A stretch of 64,000 bases of DNA from Eubacteriales bacterium (GCA_045629725.1 JAZQRT010000015.1:4189-68188), one strand, 5' to 3'; shown: positions 46,988 to 56,953, counted from the stretch's first letter. The notes: generated from the sequence alone by a model not told the origin. Translations and numbers: made by a program.

Positions 46988-47012
46988 GACCGTGCACCGG
47001 CACGGCCTTTAA
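46988..47012 (-). terminator. intrinsic terminator after the prs-like gene
   Basis: Minus strand reads GGCCGTGCCGGTGCACGGTC followed by TTTTTTG. Confidence 0.7.
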
Positions 47013-47025
47013 AGTAAATATTAAA

Positions 47026-48144
47026 TTAAACCTTAAGCTTTCCTTCAGCAACAGCCTTGTCGATATAAGCATAGATCTTGTCCTTGGGATCAAGAAGTGT
47101 GCTTATAGTACCGTCACGGTTGATCTGGTCGATAAGAAGTGCAACGTACTTTCTGAGGTCAACCTCCTGATACCAGGGGCTTGCAAGAACCTCGGGTGCA
47201 CGGTATGTGAGGTTTGTTGTAAAGATCTTTGCAATAGTTCCATCAGCATATGCCTTATCAAACATTTCAAGACCGTTACAGAAAAGACCAAATGTTGCAA
47301 ATGCAAATACTCTCTTTGCACCCATTGCCTTAAGCTTCTGAGCAACGTCGATCATGGAGCCGCCCGAGGAGATCATATCGTCAACGATAATAACGTCCTT
47401 GCCCTCAACAGAGTTTCCGAGATACTTGTGCTCAACGATGGGGTTTGTTCCGTTTACGATTCTTGAATAGTCACGTCTCTTGTAGAACATACCAAGATCA
47501 AGCTTAAGAACGGATGAATAGTACATACAACGGGACATTCCGCCTTCATCGGGAGAAACGATCGCTACGTTATCTGCGTTAAGTGTAAGATCCGGTACTG
47601 TATTGATGAACGTCTTGATCATCTGATATGTAGGCTGTGCGTTATCAAATCCATGGAGAGGAATTGCATTCTGCACTCTTGCATCGTGTGCGTCAAAAGT
47701 GATTATATTTGTAACACCCATTGCAACGAGCTCCTGAAGTGACTGAGCGCAGTCAAGGGATTCTCTTGTGGAACGCTTGTGCTGTCTTCCTTCGTAGAGC
47801 ATGGGCATAATAACAGAGATTCTTCTTGCCTTTCCGCCAACAGCTCCGATAATTCTCTTGATGTCGCAGAAATGATCATCGGGGCTCATGGGGTATTCCT
47901 TACCGTACATCTTATAAGTTGCGCCGTGATTAAATACGTCTGCAATGATAAAAAGATCATGTCCTCTGAGGGATTCTTTGATAAGTCCCTTTCCTTCTCC
48001 GCTGCCGAAACGTTCGCAGCTTGCCTTAATGATGAAGCTTGTATCAGTGTTTCTTGAAGCCTTGATATAGTTATCAACAACTTCAGTGAAAGCCTCGCTT
48101 CCCTTCATCCCGAAAATACTGAGATCGCCAAAAAACTCTGCCAT
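47026..48144 (-). CDS. prs: ribose-phosphate diphosphokinase family protein (long, atypical form)
   Basis: Start at the ATG preceded by GGAGGA. The PRPP-binding loop is VIIVDDMISSGGSM, and FDAHD and the RQ-K loop are present. At 372 aa it is longer than the ~315 aa class I Prs. Confidence 0.75.
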   Translation of the reverse strand: MAEFFGDLSIFGMKGSEAFTEVVDNYIKASRNTDTSFIIKASCERFGSGEGKGLIKESLRGHDLFIIADVFNHGATYKMYGKEYPMSPDDHFCDIKRIIGAVGGKARRISVIMPMLYEGRQHKRSTRESLDCAQSLQELVAMGVTNIITFDAHDARVQNAIPLHGFDNAQPTYQMIKTFINTVPDLTLNADNVAIVSPDEGGMSRCMYYSSVLKLDLGMFYKRRDYSRIVNGTNPIVEHKYLGNSVEGKDVIIVDDMISSGGSMIDVAQKLKAMGAKRVFAFATFGLFCNGLEMFDKAYADGTIAKIFTTNLTYRAPEVLASPWYQEVDLRKYVALLIDQINRDGTISTLLDPKDKIYAYIDKAVAEGKLKV

Positions 48145-48385
48145 TGATATATCCTCCGAAAAAATCAATATTTATCTATTAATAATTCTACCATAAAATA
48201 AAAAAAAATCAACAGTATTTCGACAAAAAATTACTTGATTTTATAAATTTGTGTTTTAATCTAACAAATCCCTTGTATTTAATGGATAATTGTGATAAAA
48301 TGTACACAAGAAACAGTAGAATTTTATTATGTGACAATGATATACAATATATTCGGTCACAGTTGTGACAAAAAACGGAGGAACG

Positions 48386-49345
48386 ATGAGGGAGATCATA
48401 ATAAACAAAAACGATGCAGGGCAAAGGCTTGATAAATTTATCACTAAAAAATTCAAGACAATGCCCCTGCCCCTTATGTATCGGTATATAAGACAGAAAA
48501 AGATAAAACTAAACGGAAAAAGAGCTGAAATAAACACCATGCTTTCAGAGGGCGATATTATAAAGCTATTCATTCCTGAGGAATTTTTTGAAGAAGGCTC
48601 CGCGGAATTTGCCTTTATGAAGCTTACTCCCCGTCTTGGTATCGTTTATGAGGACGAAAATATTTTACTTGTGGAAAAACGCTCGGGAATGATAGTTCAC
48701 AGCGACGACGAGCAGGAAACGGATACTCTCATTGACCACGTTAAGGCATATTTATACCAAAAGGGAGAGTATGATCCCAAGGCTGAAAACAGCTTTGCTC
48801 CCTCTTTGTGTAACAGAATAGACCGAAATACAGGGGGCATCGTAATTGCCGCTAAAAACGCAGAAACACTTCGCATAATCAATGAAAAAATAAGAAACAA
48901 CGAGATCACAAAGAAATATCTTTGTGCCGCTCACGGCAAACTTCCAAAAAAAGAAGCAACTCTCACAGGCTGGCTCAGAAAGGATGCCGCCTCCAACATG
49001 GTGACTGTGTATGAGAAAAAACCAAATTACCGTGATGCAAAGGAGATAATAACAAAATACCGTGTGCTTTCCGAGAAAAACGGAATGTCACTTTGCGAGG
49101 TAGAGCTGATAACGGGGCGTACTCATCAGATCAGAGCGCATTTTTCGTCCATCGGACACCCGCTTCTCGGCGATGGTAAATACGGAGTGAATCGGGACGA
49201 TAAGAAGAAGGGGTATAAGTTCCAAGCTCTTTATTCCTATCACCTCACCTTCAGTTTCAAGGGAAATGACGGAATTTTGTCCTATCTTTCGGGAAAGAGC
49301 TTTTCCGTTGATTGCGACCATATTTGGTTCTTAAAGGAATTTTAA
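48386..49345 (+). CDS. RluA-family 23S rRNA pseudouridine synthase with N-terminal S4 domain
   Basis: Start at the ATG preceded by GGAGGA. Catalytic motif NRIDRNTGG, plus TGRTHQIR. Confidence 0.85.
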   Translation: MREIIINKNDAGQRLDKFITKKFKTMPLPLMYRYIRQKKIKLNGKRAEINTMLSEGDIIKLFIPEEFFEEGSAEFAFMKLTPRLGIVYEDENILLVEKRSGMIVHSDDEQETDTLIDHVKAYLYQKGEYDPKAENSFAPSLCNRIDRNTGGIVIAAKNAETLRIINEKIRNNEITKKYLCAAHGKLPKKEATLTGWLRKDAASNMVTVYEKKPNYRDAKEIITKYRVLSEKNGMSLCEVELITGRTHQIRAHFSSIGHPLLGDGKYGVNRDDKKKGYKFQALYSYHLTFSFKGNDGILSYLSGKSFSVDCDHIWFLKEF

Positions 49346-49375
49346 AGTAATACCCAATTTATTGAGGAGGTAAAA

Positions 49376-50053
49376 ATGTTCAATATACTTGTTGCCGAGG
49401 ACGACGGCGGAACGCGTCGTCTTATGCGTGCAGTTCTTGAAGGCGGCGGATACCGTGTGATCACAGCTGAAAACGGTGTTGAAGCTCTGGAGCTTCTTGC
49501 CCATGAGCACGTGGATCTTATAGTTCTTGACGTTATGATGCCCCTTATGGACGGATATGAATTTACGAAAATTTTGCGTCAAGGCGGGGACGAAACCCCC
49601 ATTCTCATGGTAACGGCAAAACAGGGACAGGAAAGCATAAAAGAAGGCTTTATTTCAGGCACAGATGATTACATGGTCAAGCCCGTTGACGAGGAGGAGA
49701 TGCTCCTCAGAATTTCAGCACTTCTAAGACGCGCAAAGATCTCCAGTGAAAAAAAGATCACCGTGGGAGAAGTGGAATTTGACTACAACGGTTTCACATG
49801 TAAAAACAAAAACGGAATGATCGAGCTGCCGCAAAAGGAGTTTTTGCTGATATTTAAGCTTCTCTCCAACAACAATAAAATATTTACCCGCAGAAGCCTT
49901 ATGGATGAGATCTGGTCGATGGACAGCGAAACCGACGAACGTACCGTTGACGTACATATAAACCGCCTGAGAGAACGTTTCCGCGGAGTTGAGGACTTTG
50001 AGATCGTAACTGTAAGAGGACTTGGATATAAGGCGGTAATAAAACAACAATGA
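49376..50053 (+). CDS. OmpR-family response regulator
   Basis: Receiver domain (D...DVMMP...K) plus a winged-helix C-terminal domain (RGLGYK). Confidence 0.9.
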   Translation: MFNILVAEDDGGTRRLMRAVLEGGGYRVITAENGVEALELLAHEHVDLIVLDVMMPLMDGYEFTKILRQGGDETPILMVTAKQGQESIKEGFISGTDDYMVKPVDEEEMLLRISALLRRAKISSEKKITVGEVEFDYNGFTCKNKNGMIELPQKEFLLIFKLLSNNNKIFTRRSLMDEIWSMDSETDERTVDVHINRLRERFRGVEDFEIVTVRGLGYKAVIKQQ

Positions 50054-51126
50054 AAAATTTTATTAAGTTTAATATTACAACTCTCAGAAAGGTAGTAACC
50101 AGATGGTTTATTATCATTATTTCTGCATCGGGTGTTTTGTCAGCACTGCTTTTTACTGTTGCCTATTTTGCAGGAATGAAAATGACCATCGGACGAGAGG
50201 GGCTTATGATCGTGTGGCTATCCATCGTCGCCTCAACTCTTATCGGTATTCTGGTTGTAATTCCAATTTCAAGGTTTATTATCAAGCCGATACAGGACCT
50301 CAGTAATTCTGCCGATGAGATCGCACGAGGTAATTTTGACGTTAGAGTCAACGAAAAAAAAGGCCCTCGGGAGTTCCGAGAGCTTTATGAGAGCTTTAAT
50401 AAAATGGCTGAGCAGTTGGGCGAAACCGAGATGTTCCGACAAAACTTCATAAACGATTTTTCCCATGAATTTAAAACCCCCATCGTATCAATAAGAGGAT
50501 TTGCCCGTCAGCTTGAAAGAGATACAACGCTTACCGAGGAAAGGAAGCGTGAATATATATCGATAATTGCCGAGGAAGCCGAGCGTCTTTCCAATATGTC
50601 GGGAAACGTGTTGCTTCTTTCAAGGCTGGAAAATCAGCAGAGTATTTCCGGTGAGGACTGGATAGATCTTGACGAACAGATACGTCAGTGCATCCTTGTG
50701 CTTGAAAGAATGTGGAGCGGGAAGGACATTGAATTTGACGTTGAGCTTGAAAGTCTACGCTACCGCAGTAACGATGAAATGCTAAAGCAAATGTGGATAA
50801 ACATTCTTTCCAATGCGGTTAAATTTACGCCATCGGGCGGTAAGATCTTCGTTGGCGCAAAAAAGTCGGATAGCAACATTGAAGTCACCATCTCGGACAC
50901 AGGAAGCGGTATGGATGAAGTGACTCTTGAGCGTATGTTTGAGAAATTTTATCAAGCAGACACTTCAAGAGCTACAGAGGGCAACGGTCTTGGGCTTTCT
51001 CTTGTAAGACGTATTGCTGAGCTTTGCAAAGCTCGGATAGAGGTATCAAGTAAAGTGGGCGAAGGAACAAGCTTTGTAATTCTTCTTCCTGTAAGATCTG
51101 ATAACTTTGATTCTAAAGCCTGTTGA
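50050..51126 (+). CDS. sensor histidine kinase (2 TM, HAMP, HisKA, HATPase_c)
   Basis: H-box FSHEFKTP. N and G boxes are NAVKF and DTGSGM...GLGLSL. ATGA overlap with the response regulator. Confidence 0.9.
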   Translation: MKNFIKFNITTLRKVVTRWFIIIISASGVLSALLFTVAYFAGMKMTIGREGLMIVWLSIVASTLIGILVVIPISRFIIKPIQDLSNSADEIARGNFDVRVNEKKGPREFRELYESFNKMAEQLGETEMFRQNFINDFSHEFKTPIVSIRGFARQLERDTTLTEERKREYISIIAEEAERLSNMSGNVLLLSRLENQQSISGEDWIDLDEQIRQCILVLERMWSGKDIEFDVELESLRYRSNDEMLKQMWINILSNAVKFTPSGGKIFVGAKKSDSNIEVTISDTGSGMDEVTLERMFEKFYQADTSRATEGNGLGLSLVRRIAELCKARIEVSSKVGEGTSFVILLPVRSDNFDSKAC

Positions 51127-51946
51127 ATTTTGTTCTGTAGGAGCACCTTTGGCAAAGGTTTTCAAGGGCAATATGTTTTTTGAATCCTTCGAGCATGGCT
51201 TGGACGCGCTCCGATGACATTATATCCTCAATTTTATCATTGAATATATTTCCCAGTGTGATAGCGCCGTCACTGTCAAGGCAGCAAGGAACCACACGGC
51301 CGTCAGAAAGTATACCGATCTGTTCGCGAAGACCGAGACAAAAGGCTTCTCCCTCGTATATGGGTGCTTCGGCATCGGGCCAATCGAATTTCTTGTCCCA
51401 TTCAAGAAAAATGCGGTCAGCAAGACGGAATCCCTTTTTGGTATTTACCCATTCGGCAGTGAAATACTGCCGGCAAAGCTCAAGAATCTCGGAGTTCAAT
51501 ACCTCAAGTCCTCCGGAATTCCAAAGACGAAAGACTGCAAAGGTGCCCTCCGCTGCGGCTTTTGATGCAAAATCAAAGCACCCTCTGAGATATGCCTCCA
51601 TATCCTTTGAAAGATTGGCTTCAAAGCTGTGAAGGGAAATGTTCACACGGTAAAGACCGCACCCGAGTATACTGTCACCCATTTTTGGAAGAAGTGTACC
51701 GTTGGTGGTCAGTATTGGGCGAATACCTGCCTTATTTGTTTCTTTTATAAATTCAGGGAGCAGAGGATGAGCGGTGGGCTCTCCCATAAGGTGAAAAAAC
51801 ACACTTTTTGCATAGGGCGAAACGGCACGGAGCGCCGACGAAAATTCCTCTTGAGTCATGGTTTTTGGTGCTCTTTTGGTCTTATGGCAAAAGGAGCAGT
51901 CAAGATTGCATATATTAGTTATTTCTATGTACACGTTTGAAAACAA
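51113..51946 (-). CDS. radical SAM protein with C-terminal SPASM/twitch-like Cys cluster
   Basis: 277 aa with a TTG start. CNLDCSFC (CxxxCxxC) lies at residues 13-20. The C-terminal region reads GRVVPCCLD...CQRCSY. Confidence 0.75.
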   Translation of the reverse strand: MFSNVYIEITNICNLDCSFCHKTKRAPKTMTQEEFSSALRAVSPYAKSVFFHLMGEPTAHPLLPEFIKETNKAGIRPILTTNGTLLPKMGDSILGCGLYRVNISLHSFEANLSKDMEAYLRGCFDFASKAAAEGTFAVFRLWNSGGLEVLNSEILELCRQYFTAEWVNTKKGFRLADRIFLEWDKKFDWPDAEAPIYEGEAFCLGLREQIGILSDGRVVPCCLDSDGAITLGNIFNDKIEDIMSSERVQAMLEGFKKHIALENLCQRCSYRTKFNRL

Positions 51947-52074
51947 AAAATCACATCCTTTGGTTTATCATTATTATACCCGTTAGTAAGATGAATTGTC
52001 AAGTATTATATTCTTGTTGACATTCATTATGAGGTGTGATATATTATAGTCAAGGAAAACGGGAGGGAAATATA

Positions 52075-52632
52075 ATGAATTATAACAAGAATGATTTTGA
52101 TTTTTGCAGATCATATATGGTCGCAGATGAGAGAATAATATGGAAAGGAAAGCCTGACACAAAGATTCGTTTTTCTTCCGATCTTCATACCTTGGTGTTT
52201 GGAATATTTTGGCTTGGTTTTTCCTTGTTTTGGTGCTCCGGAGTATACGCAAGCGGCGGTGGAATGATGGCTTTTTTTGGTCTTCCATTCGTGGCTATCG
52301 GTATTTATCTTGTTGTGGGAAAGCCGATTCATTCCGCAATTAAACGCAAGAATACCGCATACGTTATAACCAATATGAAGATCATTCGCGCCTGCGGAAA
52401 CAAGATCGACACCATGGACGGCAGAGATCTGCCAAGACTCAACATAAAGGGCTTCAGCGACGGAATGGGAACTATCCATTTCGGAGAACAGATAGTTTAT
52501 AGAAAAAACAACAGGACCTACAACGGCTATTCGGGCGGTGATTTCTGTCTTGAGGCTGTTCCGGTAAAAGAAGTTCAAATGGCGATCAATGAAATGATAG
52601 AGGCAAACTCATCTAACGTTACAGCTGAATAA
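52075..52632 (+). CDS. small membrane protein of unknown function
   Basis: Start at the ATG preceded by GGGAGGG. Two central TM helices and a beta-rich C-terminal part. A TTGACA-17-TATATT promoter lies at about 52017-52045. Confidence 0.55.
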   Translation: MNYNKNDFDFCRSYMVADERIIWKGKPDTKIRFSSDLHTLVFGIFWLGFSLFWCSGVYASGGGMMAFFGLPFVAIGIYLVVGKPIHSAIKRKNTAYVITNMKIIRACGNKIDTMDGRDLPRLNIKGFSDGMGTIHFGEQIVYRKNNRTYNGYSGGDFCLEAVPVKEVQMAINEMIEANSSNVTAE

Positions 52633-52656
52633 AGAATGATCAATCAAAAAATATAT

Positions 52657-52700
52657 GGGTATGTAAAACTCAGCTTGAGCTTTTTGCATACCCGTTTTTT
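52657..52700 (+). terminator. intrinsic terminator
   Basis: GGGTATG...CATACCC followed by GTTTTTT. Confidence 0.7.
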
Positions 52701-52715
52701 ATAGTATCACTTAAC

Positions 52716-52758
52716 AGTAAAGAAAAAGACTATGAAAGCCTATACTCTCATAGTCTTT
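52716..52758 (-). terminator. intrinsic terminator after the anti-sigma gene
   Basis: Minus strand reads AAGACTATGA-loop-TCATAGTCTT followed by TTTCTTT. Confidence 0.6.
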
Positions 52759-52811
52759 TGGGTTGCGCTTCAACCCTTTTTTGAAATTTGGAAAATTATT
52801 TTATTGGATGC

Positions 52812-54008
52812 CTATTTTTTTATTTCGCTTTCCGTATATTCCAATATCTCTCCTTTTTTTGAAGAAATCTTTATATCATATCGCGTTGATTCATTTTTTA
52901 CATATATATGATAAATGAAGCTTCCGTCCTCTTGCAAAGTAATGCTCTTATAATACAATCCCTTAACCTCAAAGCTGAGTTTGTTTGCAAATATCCTACC
53001 TGCTTCAGTAGGCGTTATATGTCCCTCGGGAACTTCCATGAGTGAAATTATTATTGCGCTCGGAAGGTCAGGCGCGCTTCTGTTCAAATACTCTCCTGTA
53101 ATAGCATCTATTATCGAAGTAGCAACAGTGCCGCCTATGCTTTCCTTTATCATATACCTTACTTTATAAACGGCACGGCCTTCTTCAACACATAAAATAA
53201 CTGATGGGAATTTTAAATATTTTTCATTTATTCCCATGTTTTTAAAGGAATCTTTCACCTTTTGAACTGCTCCGTCTTTGCCAATGTATTCCACGACAGT
53301 CTGTGTAAAATCATCATCTCCCAATAAATGACAGAGCTCCGCTACCGAAAGCTTGGCAAGAGCACTGTACCTCATTTCTGTCTTAAGTTCAGGTCTTGCT
53401 TCCAAAATAGTATTGATAAGCTGAGCCTTTCCTGTTGAAATTCCGTATTGTTTCGCAATAGATTTCAGTTCCTTGTCAACTTTTATCATCTGGCTAATCA
53501 ATTCCACGTCAAAATTATCCGTGTTTATAAGAGAGTCTATCTCCTTTGTCAGCCTTTCACAAAGCTCCGTAGTATCCTTCTCGCCTTCAACTGTAAGCAG
53601 GATCGAATTGGTTATGGAATCTATATACCCCTTAGTAAACATTGACCCTACAAGGGCGTTCACCGTGACCTCAATACTGCTGCCATTAAAATCCATGTTT
53701 CCGACAACCTGAGCGCCATCTTCATTAAGGGGCACCACCTCCAATACTTTTTCCTTTTCGTTGACTTTTATCTCAAGGCTTGGATTTACGTCAAGAGAAA
53801 CCGTTGTAGCAACTGCATAATTATTTTGGTAAATAAAAACTCCCGCAAATCCAACCAATAAAATTACAAGCCCCATACAAACTGCCGCAGCTTTTCGATC
53901 AAAGTAAAAATTCCATTTTTTATTCTTTACCACTTCCGACGGCGCCGCTTCAAGGATCATTTCCTCGTCTATGCCTCCAAGCTGTATATAAATATTTTTA
54001 TTCGTCAT
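52812..54008 (-). CDS. membrane-anchored anti-sigma factor with extracytoplasmic PepSY-like repeats
   Basis: 398 aa with a short cytoplasmic N-terminus and one TM helix (AAVCMGLVILLVGFAGVFIY). The C-terminal half has PepSY-like patterns. 4-nt overlap with the upstream ECF sigma gene. Confidence 0.65.
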   Translation of the reverse strand: MTNKNIYIQLGGIDEEMILEAAPSEVVKNKKWNFYFDRKAAAVCMGLVILLVGFAGVFIYQNNYAVATTVSLDVNPSLEIKVNEKEKVLEVVPLNEDGAQVVGNMDFNGSSIEVTVNALVGSMFTKGYIDSITNSILLTVEGEKDTTELCERLTKEIDSLINTDNFDVELISQMIKVDKELKSIAKQYGISTGKAQLINTILEARPELKTEMRYSALAKLSVAELCHLLGDDDFTQTVVEYIGKDGAVQKVKDSFKNMGINEKYLKFPSVILCVEEGRAVYKVRYMIKESIGGTVATSIIDAITGEYLNRSAPDLPSAIIISLMEVPEGHITPTEAGRIFANKLSFEVKGLYYKSITLQEDGSFIYHIYVKNESTRYDIKISSKKGEILEYTESEIKK

Positions 54009-54562
54009 ACAATAAAGCCCTCCTTATCAAGAAATTTTTTTAGTTTTTTTCGTGTTCTGTGAAGAAGTACGGTCACGGCGTTTTCACTCATGCGGTATTC
54101 CTCGGCGATCTCGGCAACTGTGCTTGAGTACCAGTACCTACGTAAAAATATCTTTCTCGTCCTTTGAGGCAGAGAATGCAAAAAATTATTAAGGGACTGC
54201 CTCAAAGCAACGCTGTCACCGATATCACTTCCGCTATTACCATCGGGAATACACTGGGTAAGTTCGTCCAATACCATCATAACTTCCCCGCATCTTTTTA
54301 TCGCATGCTTTTTTTCATACACGTTTAAGGAAAGAGTACGGGAAATCAATCCAACGTAAGATTTCAAAGACTTGGGTGAGGCAGGAGGGATAGTTATCCA
54401 AACTTTGAGATATATATCGTTTTCTACCTCGTCAACATCATCGTCGTTTGATAGAATCTGAGCGGCAATATACCTGCAGTACCGTCCATATTTTGCTTTA
54501 GTTTCAAAAATTGCACGTTCCTTACGTTCTTTATAAAGCTCGATTATGTCTTTATCCTCCAT
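54005..54562 (-). CDS. ECF-type RNA polymerase sigma-70 factor
   Basis: 185 aa with region 2 (YCRYIAAQIL...DDVDEVENDIYLKVW) and region 4 (YSSTVAEIAEEYRMSENAVTVLLHRTRKKLK). Confidence 0.85.
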   Translation of the reverse strand: MEDKDIIELYKERKERAIFETKAKYGRYCRYIAAQILSNDDDVDEVENDIYLKVWITIPPASPKSLKSYVGLISRTLSLNVYEKKHAIKRCGEVMMVLDELTQCIPDGNSGSDIGDSVALRQSLNNFLHSLPQRTRKIFLRRYWYSSTVAEIAEEYRMSENAVTVLLHRTRKKLKKFLDKEGFIV

Positions 54563-54681
54563 GTTCTCACTCCCTTCGTTGATTTTTAGTATATCTGCTT
54601 CACATTCAGTATTTTAAAGGTCCCTTCACCCTAATAAACAGGAAACACTTGTATTTTATTACATACTATTTTATTTTTTCG

Positions 54682-54722
54682 GAAATAAAAAGGCTGTAAA
54701 AACCACCTCGAGTTTTTCAGCC
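54682..54722 (-). terminator. intrinsic terminator after the histidine kinase gene
   Basis: Minus strand reads GGCTGAAAAAC-loop-GTTTTTACAGCC followed by TTTTTATTT. Confidence 0.65.
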
Positions 54723-54742
54723 CATTTATTGTTATATAAATT

Positions 54743-56182
54743 TTACGGTGTGGGAAGCACCACTGTAAAGCAGCACCACTTCTCTTCCTCGCTGTCAACA
54801 CTTATCCTGCCGCCCATGGCTTCAACGATGGTGCGTGAAATATAAAGTCCAAGACCAACGCCCGATTTATCAAGTCCGCGGCTCTTATCCGCTTTATAAA
54901 ATCTGTCAAAGACATATTTCAACTCATCCTTAGGTATGCCCTTTCCCTCGTTATAAACCTCGATCTTAACTTTTTTTGTTTCAGGCTGTGTAACCTTAAG
55001 TCTTAAAATTCCCTTTTCATAGGAGAATTTAATGGCGTTATCGACGAGATTATATATAACCTGATGTATCGCATCCGAATCTGCAAGCACGGACATTTTT
55101 TCCCTTTCAAAATCAATATCAACATCAAGCTTTTTAGCTTCAATTCTTGACTCGTTTGAAAGCATGATCTCAACGGATTTGGAGCATATATCAAACTCTT
55201 GGATATTGAATTTGCGGTCGCCCGCTTGGATACGCGATATATCAAGCAGCGTTCCCACAAGCCTTGAAAGACGCCTTACCTCAGTTGCAACGATGCCGAG
55301 ATAATAATCCTGCTTTTCTCTCGGGATCGCTCCGTCAAGTATACCGTCAATATAACCCGAAATTATGGTCATAGGAGTTCTCAGGTCATGTGAAACATTG
55401 GCAAGGAATCCGCTCCTTAATTTTTCAAGCTCGGAAAGTGATTCCGCCATGCTGTTCATTGTGGTTGCAAGCTCTGCTATCTCGTCCTTTCCAACCACCT
55501 GTACTCTTACGTCAAAATTACCGACAGCAAAGCATTTTGCCGCTTTATCTATATTCTTAAGAGGAATTACGATCCTTTCCGAAATGAAATAGCATCCGAT
55601 CATTCCGGCAATAAGGACGAGTATGGCAATTTTGGACATAGTTCCAACCATACTGCTTACAAACGCCGACACACCCTTTACAGGTGACGCTGCAAACACG
55701 ATTCCGTGATGATCTCCTGTAGATAGCTCAATGGCGTTTATCCAATATTCCTCAGCAAAAAAGCCCTCCACCTCGCCTGTATATGAATATGAATGCTCCG
55801 ATCTTAATACTTCATTCATCATAAACTGCGGAACAGTCTTGTTTCTGAGCTTTGCACCGCTGCTGCAAACACTCACGCTTCCATTGGGATTAGCTATAAA
55901 TATTACTGTATTGGTACAATCTGCAATTCCCGAAAGCTGAGTTTCAAGTGAATCGCCTTCATCCTTTATAAATGAAAAATAATCTTTTCCCTCGTCATCC
56001 TCTATGTATTCCGCATATACTCTGTCCACCATTACCTTTACAGATTCTGCCGCATGAACAACACTGTTTGTCTTTTCGTTTGAGGAAACCATTCCCACAA
56101 ACATAAAATACAAAAACGAAAAGCTCACTGCAAAGGTCAATAAAAAGCACAGCATATATTTGACAAAAACACTTTTAAACAT
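54743..56182 (-). CDS. sensor histidine kinase (2 TM, extracytoplasmic domain, HAMP, HisKA, HATPase_c)
   Basis: Start at the ATG preceded by AAAGAGGTG (MFKSVFVKY...). H-box is VSHDLRTPMT; G boxes are present. Confidence 0.85.
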   Translation of the reverse strand: MFKSVFVKYMLCFLLTFAVSFSFLYFMFVGMVSSNEKTNSVVHAAESVKVMVDRVYAEYIEDDEGKDYFSFIKDEGDSLETQLSGIADCTNTVIFIANPNGSVSVCSSGAKLRNKTVPQFMMNEVLRSEHSYSYTGEVEGFFAEEYWINAIELSTGDHHGIVFAASPVKGVSAFVSSMVGTMSKIAILVLIAGMIGCYFISERIVIPLKNIDKAAKCFAVGNFDVRVQVVGKDEIAELATTMNSMAESLSELEKLRSGFLANVSHDLRTPMTIISGYIDGILDGAIPREKQDYYLGIVATEVRRLSRLVGTLLDISRIQAGDRKFNIQEFDICSKSVEIMLSNESRIEAKKLDVDIDFEREKMSVLADSDAIHQVIYNLVDNAIKFSYEKGILRLKVTQPETKKVKIEVYNEGKGIPKDELKYVFDRFYKADKSRGLDKSGVGLGLYISRTIVEAMGGRISVDSEEEKWCCFTVVLPTP

Positions 56183-56195
56183 TCTGCACCTCTTT

Positions 56196-56227
56196 AAACA
56201 AAAAGCGGCACCGTTGTTCGATGCCGC
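56196..56227 (-). terminator. hairpin plus U-run between the response-regulator and kinase genes (possible internal attenuator)
   Basis: Minus strand reads GCGGCA-tcgaacaacgg-TGCCGC followed by TTTTTGTTT, inside the 78-nt spacer. Confidence 0.45.
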
Positions 56228-56260
56228 CTGTAATATCTGACTTACCGTCAAAATCCATGA

Positions 56261-56953
56261 TTATTCAAAAACCTCAAATTTGTAGCCAACGCCCCAAACT
56301 GTCTTGAGTGCCCATTTATCGGAAACACCCTCAAGCTTTTCACGAAGACGCTTTACATGCACGTCAACTGTACGTGAGTCACCGAGATAATCAAAGCTCC
56401 AAACCTTGTCAAGAAGCTGATCTCTTGAGAAAACTCTGTTGCAGTTGGAAGCAAGGAAATACAAAAGGAGAAGTTCTTTGGGCGGAATATCCACACTCTT
56501 TCCTTTAAGCTTAAGCTCATACTTCTGCTTGCTTATCTCAATATTATCAAATCTTACAACCTCATCGGACTCAGTTGTTTCTCTGGGATTTGAACGGCGA
56601 AGAACAGCCTTGATTCTTGCAGAAAGCTCCTTCATATCAAAAGGCTTAACAATAAAATCATCCGCTCCAAGCTCAAGTCCGAGAACCTTATCAAAAGTCT
56701 CACCCTTTGCCGTGATCATGATAATAGGCTTTGACGAAACCTCTCTGATCTGGCGGCAAACCTCCCAGCCGTCTTTTCTCGGGAGCATAATATCAAGCAG
56801 AACAATATCCGGATCATAGGATTTGAAGGAACTAACACCTTCAACTCCGTCGTTTGCGGTCTTAACTTCATATCCGCTGTTTTCAAGATAAAGCTTTATC
56901 ATCTCGCATATATTCACGTCATCATCAATGACGAGGATTTTTGTATCCATCAT
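56261..56953 (-). CDS. OmpR-family response regulator
   Basis: 230 aa with a receiver domain plus a winged helix (WGVGYKF). Confidence 0.9.
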   Translation of the reverse strand: MMDTKILVIDDDVNICEMIKLYLENSGYEVKTANDGVEGVSSFKSYDPDIVLLDIMLPRKDGWEVCRQIREVSSKPIIMITAKGETFDKVLGLELGADDFIVKPFDMKELSARIKAVLRRSNPRETTESDEVVRFDNIEISKQKYELKLKGKSVDIPPKELLLLYFLASNCNRVFSRDQLLDKVWSFDYLGDSRTVDVHVKRLREKLEGVSDKWALKTVWGVGYKFEVFE

